DNA from: a virus
Taxonomy: Duplodnaviria > Caudoviricetes
DNA: 24,612 nucleotides
Reading direction: 5' to 3' (one strand)
IMG/VR virus record: IMGVR_UViG_3300005941_000043
Location: 1 to 24,612 of that record
Part shown: one piece after another, positions 1 through 7,600 of the stretch
Layout: each line of letters opens with the position of its first letter
Numbering within the stretch: the stretch's first letter is position 1
Notes under the pieces: generated by a model
Databases searched by the model: none
Seen by the model: the letters and a program-made list of their open reading frames with translations, nothing else
What the model was told of the DNA's origin: nothing
Translations under genes and position numbers: made by a program

Positions 1-2169
1 GCAGAATATAATAAACTTACTACAACTGAACCAAACAAAGAACCAACAACACACAGAAAATCAGCACATGTAGATTTACTTAAAAATTATGTTATGGCAG
101 GATTAGATAATGACGAAACACGAGGACTTACTAGTTCAAGTGCAAGGCGTGAATTACCTAGTGCAGTATTTGGCTGGAGTACGCCAGGGCCATTAGATAA
201 GCGTCCGGGTGCGCCTAAACAAGATCTTGGGTTTAAAGGCAACAAGATACCTTGGCCTAAAAGTAGATTAGGCGGCTCTAGTTTTGTAATGGATGACGGC
301 GATGATAAATTTTTAAGAAAAGGCCATCCTAAAGATACTGCAATGGAATATGCAAATATTGAAGCACAAGAACCAGGCGGTGATGTTACTAGACCACATA
401 ACGAATTATGCAGATGGCGTACTAGAACAGGCCATCAAATCCTTATGCATAACACAGAGGATTTAATCTATATTGCTAATGCTAGAGGAACAGCCTGGAT
501 CGAAATGACTAGCAATGGTAAAGTTGACATTTACGGTGCAGACAGTATTAGTGTACATTCTCAGCAAGACTTAAATTTTACAGCGGACCGAGATATTAAC
601 TTAACTGCCGGACAAGATGTGAATATGGTTGCTAATAAAATTAGAACAAGTTCACATGATAGTACTAGTGTTATTGCTGGTACACAATTTAGTTTAAATG
701 CTGGTAAAGATGTTAATGTTAATTCAGGCGAAGATTTAGTTATGTATGCAAACGGCAATGGTATGTTAATTGCTGTAGAACAGCAAAACATATCTGCAGG
801 CGCACAACTATCATTAGGTAGTACAGGAGGTCTTGGCATTGAAGGACATAATGAAGTAAAAATTACTACTGACGGTGACTATCATATGAAAGCATTAGGT
901 AGCAGTTATATAAGTGCTGGTGCAGAAATACATCAAACAAGTACATTAAAAACTACAATGCAATCTGGAAATGTATTAGATTTAAAAGCAGTTGGTAACT
1001 TACGTATAAGAACAGACGCCGAAGGAGGCCTAACTGCTGGCGGCGCATTAAAGATTTATAGTGAAGGCAATAGCATTGACATACAAGGAAGTGCGCCAAA
1101 TGCACCAACAGCACCAACAGAAGCAGTTATACCTCCAGCACCACTTCTTGTTGATCCAACACCGCCAGAAATTGCACTTAAAAGTTCTAGAGTTCCACAA
1201 CACGAACCTTGGTTTGAACATGAACATTATGATCCATTAAAGTATACACCAGACTTAACTAGAGCAGGAGTTGATCCACCAGAAACATATCCACCGAGTA
1301 CTCCAGACACGTTTAATAGAACTCCAGGCGGCACAGTTGCGGGTTCAGGAAATCAACCTAATGCATATAACAATTCAGGTGCACCGGAAGGTAATCAACG
1401 ATTTGATCCTATTGCAGGAGCAAATATTCCAGCAGATCCTGAACCAGTAAAAATTGAAAAACAACAACTTTCAAGATTATTTGCAAGTGCATTATTTGCT
1501 GAAGGATTTACAGAAGAGCAAGTATATGCGGCTATTGCAACAGCAGAAACTGAATCAGGACTTAAACTATCAGTTGAAAACTCTTATGGTGGAACTAGTA
1601 ATGAGCGCATACGTTCAATTTTTAGTAATGCTAGAACAGTTAGTGATGCAGAACTTACAGAAATCAAAAAAGATAAAGCAACATTCTTTGAATTAGTATA
1701 TGGTTACACAAGTAAAATTGGACCAGGTATGGGTAATACAACAGCAGGTGATGGCGGTAAGTTTATTGGTCGTGGATTAATTCAGTTAACAGGTAAAGCA
1801 AATTATCAGCGTTACGGAAAACTTGCAGGATTGACAAGTGCGCCAGTCACAGACTATAACCCATTTGGTGTTGACATTGTAGATGATCCTACTATTTTAA
1901 TTACAGATGTTGCTAAGTCAGTTGCAGTTACAGCGGCATATTTAAAAGAGCGTTACAAAGATTTTGGTAGAGGAACACTTGGTAACTTTAGATTTGCTAT
2001 TGCAGGAACTGAAAGAGGATACGAATTAGGACGTCCTAAAGATACAGGTTACTTACAAGCAAAATTACTACCAAACGGAAAATATGATCCAGACTGGATT
2101 AGAGATCCAAACAAAAGAAATGTCGTAGCAGGCGTTGATCAAAATGATCCAAGAAATGGAGTAGTATAA
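1..2169 (+). CDS. Baseplate central spike (T4 gp5/VgrG-like) with C-terminal GH19 lysozyme/chitinase-like domain; 5'-partial
   Basis: Frame 1 is open from base 1 (AEYNKLTTTEPNKEPTTHRKSAHVDLLKNYV-MAGL...), so the ATG at 94 is probably internal. RTRTGHQILMHNTEDLIYIANARGTAWIEM resembles the gp5 segment before the beta-helix. About 23 eight-residue beta-helix repeats at 523-1089 (DLNFTADR/DINLTAGQ/DVNVNSGE...). Pro-rich linker follows. GH19 motifs AETESG..VEN (1543-1581) and GNTTAGDGGKFIGRGLIQLTGKANY (to 1806). Lies upstream of PAAR and gp25. Confidence 0.88.
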   Translation, partial: AEYNKLTTTEPNKEPTTHRKSAHVDLLKNYVMAGLDNDETRGLTSSSARRELPSAVFGWSTPGPLDKRPGAPKQDLGFKGNKIPWPKSRLGGSSFVMDDGDDKFLRKGHPKDTAMEYANIEAQEPGGDVTRPHNELCRWRTRTGHQILMHNTEDLIYIANARGTAWIEMTSNGKVDIYGADSISVHSQQDLNFTADRDINLTAGQDVNMVANKIRTSSHDSTSVIAGTQFSLNAGKDVNVNSGEDLVMYANGNGMLIAVEQQNISAGAQLSLGSTGGLGIEGHNEVKITTDGDYHMKALGSSYISAGAEIHQTSTLKTTMQSGNVLDLKAVGNLRIRTDAEGGLTAGGALKIYSEGNSIDIQGSAPNAPTAPTEAVIPPAPLLVDPTPPEIALKSSRVPQHEPWFEHEHYDPLKYTPDLTRAGVDPPETYPPSTPDTFNRTPGGTVAGSGNQPNAYNNSGAPEGNQRFDPIAGANIPADPEPVKIEKQQLSRLFASALFAEGFTEEQVYAAIATAETESGLKLSVENSYGGTSNERIRSIFSNARTVSDAELTEIKKDKATFFELVYGYTSKIGPGMGNTTAGDGGKFIGRGLIQLTGKANYQRYGKLAGLTSAPVTDYNPFGVDIVDDPTILITDVAKSVAVTAAYLKERYKDFGRGTLGNFRFAIAGTERGYELGRPKDTGYLQAKLLPNGKYDPDWIRDPNKRNVVAGVDQNDPRNGVV
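523..1089 (+). repeat. Octapeptide beta-helix repeat region of the spike (~189 aa, ~23 repeats)
   Basis: Visible 8-residue periodicity with alternating hydrophobic residues and small A/G/S turn residues, as in gp5/VgrG triple beta-helices. Confidence 0.8.
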
Positions 2170-2936
2170 TGGGGCAAGTAGTTATTCCAGGAACACCAAT
2201 TGTTAATCCTGCAGAAGTTGCTGATAATTCAGATTGGAATGAAGCACTTGAAGCAGGCAGATTTCCAAATGGACAATTTGATTTAGAAGGTGACTATCCT
2301 AGATCAGGACCAGGACAACAATCAGGCAATGGAGGATATGTAAATAGTTCAAACCTACCTGCAATGGATCCAAATATTACTCCAGGACCATTACCTGAAG
2401 GCCCGGGTTGGGAAAAGTTAGATGCAGTGTTAACCAATGTTCTTACTCAAGATTGGAGAGAACGTGGAAATCCTGGTAATCCAAGAATATTAGAAACTTA
2501 CAAAGTATGCGGAAACGCATATACAAAAGATGGCGGTGCAATGTCTCATGCTTGGTGTGCGGCATTTGTAAGTTGGGCACTATTTACTGCTGGAATTCCT
2601 GCATTACAAACCATGAGTAGTCAGGGTTGGTATAGTTGGGGCAGTGAAGTTGACTGGAAAGATACTTCGGCTATCCGTAAATGGGACGTTATTGTTTTTA
2701 AATCAAAAACACGTAGCGGAGGACATATTGGTTTTGTACAAGAAATTACTTCAAACGGTGTTATTAAAGTATTAGGTGGAAACCAAGGAAATAATGCTAA
2801 AGTTTCTAATTATCAATTTAACAGTAAAAGTCAGTACGTAAAAAGCATAAAAAGAAATTGGAGCATACCTGACGAGTACAATGTACCACTTGACGGTACT
2901 GCTCCAGCAACACCAGGATCGGATTCAACAGTATAA
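2169..2936 (+). CDS. TIGR02594-family NlpC/P60/CHAP-like cysteine peptidase (putative virion peptidoglycan endopeptidase)
   Basis: Motifs E-x-G-N-P-G-N-P-R-I, AWCAAFVSWAL (Cys at 2556), GGHIGFV (His at 2724) and VLGGNQGN. GGAG Shine-Dalgarno at 2158-2161. Start overlaps the spike stop (TAATG). Confidence 0.85.
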   Translation: MGQVVIPGTPIVNPAEVADNSDWNEALEAGRFPNGQFDLEGDYPRSGPGQQSGNGGYVNSSNLPAMDPNITPGPLPEGPGWEKLDAVLTNVLTQDWRERGNPGNPRILETYKVCGNAYTKDGGAMSHAWCAAFVSWALFTAGIPALQTMSSQGWYSWGSEVDWKDTSAIRKWDVIVFKSKTRSGGHIGFVQEITSNGVIKVLGGNQGNNAKVSNYQFNSKSQYVKSIKRNWSIPDEYNVPLDGTAPATPGSDSTV

Positions 2937-3238
2937 TGCCATTAATAGCAAGAAAAGGTGATTCAGTAGCAACAGGACACGGATGTGATGGTAGTACAAC
3001 ATTGGATACTCCTAGTCAGAGTTTTGTTAAAATACAAGGACAACTTGTTTGCAGACTTGGCGATTTAACAGTGTCACATAGCATACCGTCAGGTGATAAT
3101 TGTGTACCACATACTGCTCCTATTTCAGGATCAAGTTCTGTGGTCAAGATAGCAGGACAGTTTGTAGGTAGAGTAGGTGATGGATGTGATGCTGGGACAA
3201 TAACTAGTGGCGCATCCTTTGTAAACGTAGGAGCATAA
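2936..3238 (+). CDS. PAAR-repeat spike tip protein (T4 gp5.4-like)
   Basis: Three PAAR-like repeats (IARKGD, VCRLGD, VGRVGD), metal-ligand His/Cys residues (GHGC, SH, PH, GC), 100 aa, TAATG overlap with the upstream gene. Confidence 0.92.
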   Translation: MPLIARKGDSVATGHGCDGSTTLDTPSQSFVKIQGQLVCRLGDLTVSHSIPSGDNCVPHTAPISGSSSVVKIAGQFVGRVGDGCDAGTITSGASFVNVGA

Positions 3239-3241
3239 ATA
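3234..3241 (+). promoter_or_regulatory. Putative T4-type late promoter (CATAAATA) upstream of gp25
   Basis: 7/8 match to the T4 late consensus TATAAATA. Overlaps the PAAR stop codon and lies 5 nt before the gp25 ATG. Confidence 0.55.
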
Positions 3242-3246
3242 TTAAC

Positions 3247-3696
3247 ATGAGTACTTTAGAAAAAAATCTATATGATAGGATTGCAGTTAAGCCATCCAGT
3301 ACAAAACAAAAGCCTGTTATTACAAGCAAGGCATATAGAGGATTGTCTTCAGTTAACCCTGATAACAACTCATCTACGTTATACGACTTAGCATTAATCA
3401 AGCAAGACTTACTTAATCATTTCCATATTAGACAGGGCGAAAAATTAATGAATCCTGAGTTTGGGACAATCATTTGGGATGCAATATTTGAACCATTTAC
3501 AGATGAATTAAAACAATCTATTGCAGACAATGTTACTTCTATTGTAAATTACGATCCACGTATACAAGCAAATGAAATTATTGTTAGTACTTATGAAAGT
3601 GGTATACAAATTGAACTAGACTTAACCTATGTGCCGTATAATATATCAGAAAAACTAAGACTAGACTTTGATGAAAATGCAGGTCTTACAGCCTAA
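3247..3696 (+). CDS. Baseplate wedge subunit, gp25/GpW family
   Basis: IKQDLLNHFHIRQGEKLMNPEFGTIIWDAIFEP...IVNYDPRI matches the gp25 signature (GE+..P.FG..l...lFEP...EPR). Size and position fit. Confidence 0.93.
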   Translation: MSTLEKNLYDRIAVKPSSTKQKPVITSKAYRGLSSVNPDNNSSTLYDLALIKQDLLNHFHIRQGEKLMNPEFGTIIWDAIFEPFTDELKQSIADNVTSIVNYDPRIQANEIIVSTYESGIQIELDLTYVPYNISEKLRLDFDENAGLTA

Positions 3697-4547
3697 AAAT
3701 AACGTTTATAAATGTGGTTAGCAAAATTGCTATGATGTTCTACACTAGGGTGCATATCATTTTCTGCAGTCGGAATACTTGGATCTAAAATTACAAAAGC
3801 ACTATCGTAATCTACATCTAAAGAATACCAATCATCTGGGTGAGGTATTTTGTAAGGATCTTGCAAAGTAACATCTAATTCTTTTCTTGCTTCTTCTAAT
3901 TGGTCTAAGACAGGTTGTGTCTCTACACTCAAATGACAAATTTTAGCACCACTTGCCGCAAGAAATCCGTGTGTCATTTGTTGTAATACTAGATTGTTGT
4001 AATATCTATCGTAAACACCCATTGGATTTAAGTAAGTATTTTTTGTAGATTTTTCTATGTAATCTTGTATTTTTTCATCTGTAGTTTTATTACTTTCTTT
4101 ATGCCTGTCTAAACCTAGCAACTTGTTGAACCCTGTAATTACTGTTTGAAATCCCGAATTAGGATCAGCGATATTACAAAAAGGAACAGAAGTTCTTGCA
4201 GGCCATTGTAATGATAGTCTACTTAGGTATGTCCACATAACAATTACAATATCATCAGGATAAATGTCTTGTGCGGCTACAGCACATTGTCTTGATATTT
4301 GATTAAAACATGCCCCTCTGCGAGCATGATTTATCACAGGTAAATTTAATTTATCTGCAAGAACCTTCGGCCATGCATAATCACTAGGTTGATACAAATG
4401 AATTTCATTCCAATCAAATGAATCGCCTAATTCTAGCACTTGCTCTTCAGTAAGTTTATTACCATTTTCATCTAAAAGAGGTTGTACTACATCTGGTAAA
4501 GCATATCCCTGGGTAATAGAACAGCCAAATGTGTGCAGTGTTGTCAT
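3693..4547 (-). CDS. SGNH/GDSL-like hydrolase (putative esterase/acetylesterase), antisense accessory gene
   Basis: 284-aa ORF filling the gap between gp25 and gp6. Block I-like TFGCSITQG, AWPKVLADKLNLPVINHARRGA (block II-like), DIVIVMWT, and C-terminal NDMHPSVEHH (block V-like, DxH variant). No signal peptide evident. Confidence 0.72.
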   Translation of the reverse strand: MTTLHTFGCSITQGYALPDVVQPLLDENGNKLTEEQVLELGDSFDWNEIHLYQPSDYAWPKVLADKLNLPVINHARRGACFNQISRQCAVAAQDIYPDDIVIVMWTYLSRLSLQWPARTSVPFCNIADPNSGFQTVITGFNKLLGLDRHKESNKTTDEKIQDYIEKSTKNTYLNPMGVYDRYYNNLVLQQMTHGFLAASGAKICHLSVETQPVLDQLEEARKELDVTLQDPYKIPHPDDWYSLDVDYDSAFVILDPSIPTAENDMHPSVEHHSNFANHIYKRYF

Positions 4548-4550
4548 ATT

Positions 4551-4588
4551 AATATTTAATACATGTTTAAAGTTGTGTATTAAATATT
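4551..4588. repeat. Perfect 13-bp inverted repeat with 12-nt spacer in the divergent intergenic region
   Basis: AATATTTAATACA (4551-4563) is the exact reverse complement of TGTATTAAATATT (4576-4588). Each arm contains TAAATA pointing outward. Confidence 0.85.
4553..4560 (-). promoter_or_regulatory. Putative late-type promoter (ATTAAATA) for the antisense SGNH gene
   Basis: Minus strand reads ATTAAATA-TTAAT-ATG, the same geometry as CATAAATA-TTAAC-ATG at gp25. Confidence 0.45.
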
Positions 4589-4602
4589 GGCTTAATTTAA
4601 CT

Positions 4603-4640
4603 TATAAATAAAATACGCACTTATCTATTCTTAATAAATA
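4603..4640 (+). promoter_or_regulatory. Tandem T4-type late promoters upstream of gp6
   Basis: Exact TATAAATA at 4603-4610 and AATAAATA at 4633-4640, followed by GAGGA Shine-Dalgarno (4653-4657) 7 nt before the ATG at 4665. Confidence 0.65.
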
Positions 4641-4664
4641 CATGTAACAAACGAGGAATGAAAT

Positions 4665-7600
4665 ATGTCATCTACTGACCGACAAAATAGACTGCTAGTA
4701 GCAGAGGATTGGAAGCGTATCTATCAAAGTTATAGAAACGCCGACTTTCAAAGTTATGACTTTGATAATTTAAGACGCACAATGATTAGTTATCTAAGGA
4801 CTAATTACCCTGAAGATTTTAACGATTACATTGAAAGTTCTGAATACCTCGCATTAATTGATCTTATTGCATTCCTAGGTCAAAATATTGCATTCCGTAT
4901 TGATCTAAATGCTAGAGAAAACTTCCTAGAACTAGCAGAGCGTAGAGAATCAGTTCTCCGTTTAGCACGGTTGCTTTCATACAATCCTAAACGTAACCAA
5001 GCCGCAGAAGGTTTATTAAAAATTAGTTCTGTCTCTACTACTGAAGATGTAGTAGATTCAAATAACTTTAATCTAGCAGGTCAGCAAATACAATGGAATG
5101 ATCCGAGTAATACACAATGGTACGAGCAGTTTGTTAAAGTAATGAATGCCGCTTTGCCACAAAATGGCACTTTTGGCAAGCCAGCAAAAACAGCAACAAT
5201 TAATAGTATACCGCATGAACAATATAGATTCAATGGTATTAACACAGATATACCTAAGTATTCTTTTACTAAAACTATCCAAGGTTCAAGTTTACCATTT
5301 GAAGTAGTAAGTAGTGATATTGTTAACGGAGCATTAGAAGAAGAAATTCCACTCCAAGCAAACAGTTTTGCAATGCTTTATAGAAATGATGGACAAGGAC
5401 CAGCAAGTACAAATACTGGATTCTTTGCTTCTTTTAAACAGGGTTCTTTAGACTCGGGACAATTTAGTATTAATAACCCTAGTAGTAATCAAAAGGTTGA
5501 CATTGACGCAACTGATATCAATAACAAAGATGTTTGGTTGTATAAATTAGATGGACAAGGCCGCGAAACAGAATATTGGACTAAAGTTGATGCTGTAGAA
5601 GGTAATAATGTTATCTATAATAGTTTAACTAAAGACGTTAGAAATTTATATTCAGTATTAACTAGAGTACAAGATAGAATTAGTTTAGTGTTTAGTGATG
5701 GTGTATTTGGTAATTTACCACAAGGTAGATTTAAAGTAGTATATCGTACAAGTGCTAATAGTCGTTATACTATTAAACCAAGTGAAATGTCAAATGTACA
5801 AATTCAAATACCTTATTTGAGTGCAGTCGGCGTACCAGAACAACTTACTTTAACACTACAATTAAAATACACAATTTCAAATAGTACAACTAGTGAAAGT
5901 GACGAAAGTATTAAAGCAAACGCTCCGGCAACATACTACACACAAAACAGAATGGTTACAGCAGAAGATTATAATGTTGCACCGTTAGCAGTAAGTCAAG
6001 AGATTGTAAAAGTAAAAACTGTTAATAGAAATGCAAGCGGAATTAGTAGATATTTTGATTTAATTGATTCTACAGGAAAATACTCCAGCACTAATTTATT
6101 TGGTAACGATGGTGTAATTTACAAAGAAACAAATAATTTAAAAACTACTTTTAATTTTGTAACTACTACTGATATTGAACAAGCAATTACTAATACAATT
6201 GAACCTATTATAAAAGATAGAAAAGTATATAATTACTATCTACAAAATTTTACAAAAATCTTAACTGGAGATTTAGGCGTAGCATGGAATAGTTCAACTC
6301 AAGATACAAATAGAAGTACAGGGTATTTTACAGATGAAAATGATGTTACTTTTAAAGTAGGAACATTTACAGCAAATAATTTAAGATTTATTGAATCGGG
6401 TACATTACTTAAATTTACTGCACCAACCGGCATGCACTTTATGACAAGTAATAAAAATGTGTTAATGTCAGGTCCTGCAGATCATCCAGGAGCAGTTGAG
6501 TATCTTTGGACAAAGGTTATTAGTGTATCAGGAAACGGAACAACAGTTGGTTCAACTGGACTAGGACCAGTTGTACTGAATGATTTAATTCCAGGAGATG
6601 CAATACTACAAGAAGTAAAACCAAAACTTGCTAACATAATTACAGATTCAGTCAAAACACAAATTGTTGATCAAGCATTTGCAACAAATACATTTGGACT
6701 ACGATATGACGTTGAAACACGACAGTGGAGAATTATCACTGAACAAAATATTGATAGTATTTCAGCATTTAGTACAGGTAAAGCAGGCGACTCAAGTAAC
6801 CAAAATTTAGATGCAAGTTGGATATTATATTTTAAAACTGACGGCGAACGGTACGATATTACATATCGTACATTGCGATACATATTTGAAAGTGATGCAG
6901 AAATTAAATTCTATTACGATAGTTCAGATAAAATTTATGATAATAAAACAGGTAAAATTATTAAAGATAAGATTGAAGTTTTAAATATTAATAATAAGCC
7001 TGATGTTTCAACACCATTTACATCAAATTATAATTGGGAAATTGTAAAAGAATATAGAGATGCAGACGGGTATGTAGATAGTAAGCGTATTGAAGTAAGT
7101 TTCTTTGATGCAGATGATGATGGTGTTATTGATAATCCAGAAGGATTTATTGATATTGTTGATGAAACAACTAATGTTACTACAAAATATATTTTCCAAA
7201 AGAAATATACAACATCAGATGGTATTGAAGATTATAGATTTGTAGATAACACAGTTGAAGGAATTCAAATCAAAGCAAGTGCAAGTGCAATTGGTGCTTA
7301 TTCATCTTACTCAGTAGGACAAGTATTTTTTACAATTGATACTCAACTATTCCATAAACTAGATAGTACAAAGAAAAATTTACAAATTATAAAAGACTAT
7401 AGAGGATTTTTAGGACGCTCTAATCTTAAATTTAGATATTTACATAGTGCTGATTATGATCAACGTATTGATCCAGCAGTAAGCAACATTATGGATTGCT
7501 ATATGTTAACACGCACATACGATATTGCATACAGACAATTTTTAAACGGCGATCGTATAGTTGCACCGTTGCCGCCGAGCAGTGACGAAATGTACCGCAC

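Noticed and set aside
94-96. ATG at 94 as the start of the spike gene
   Set aside because: The frame is open back to base 1, no Shine-Dalgarno precedes it, and the expected N-terminal OB-fold region is missing. The gene starts upstream of the window.
2160-2175. Programmed frameshift fusing the spike to the peptidase
   Set aside because: No slippery heptamer or downstream structure is seen, and the peptidase has its own GGAG Shine-Dalgarno at a normal spacing.
1-3696. Bacterial T6SS or eCIS/tailocin locus
   Set aside because: No TssJLM/ClpV, immunity or host genes. The T4-like gp6, TATAAATA-type motifs, giant virion protein and fibre gene point to a phage genome.
3693-4547. Homing endonuclease, intron or IS element between gp25 and gp6
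   Set aside because: No HNH, GIY-YIG, LAGLIDADG or DDE motifs, no terminal repeats flanking the gene, and both neighbouring genes are intact.
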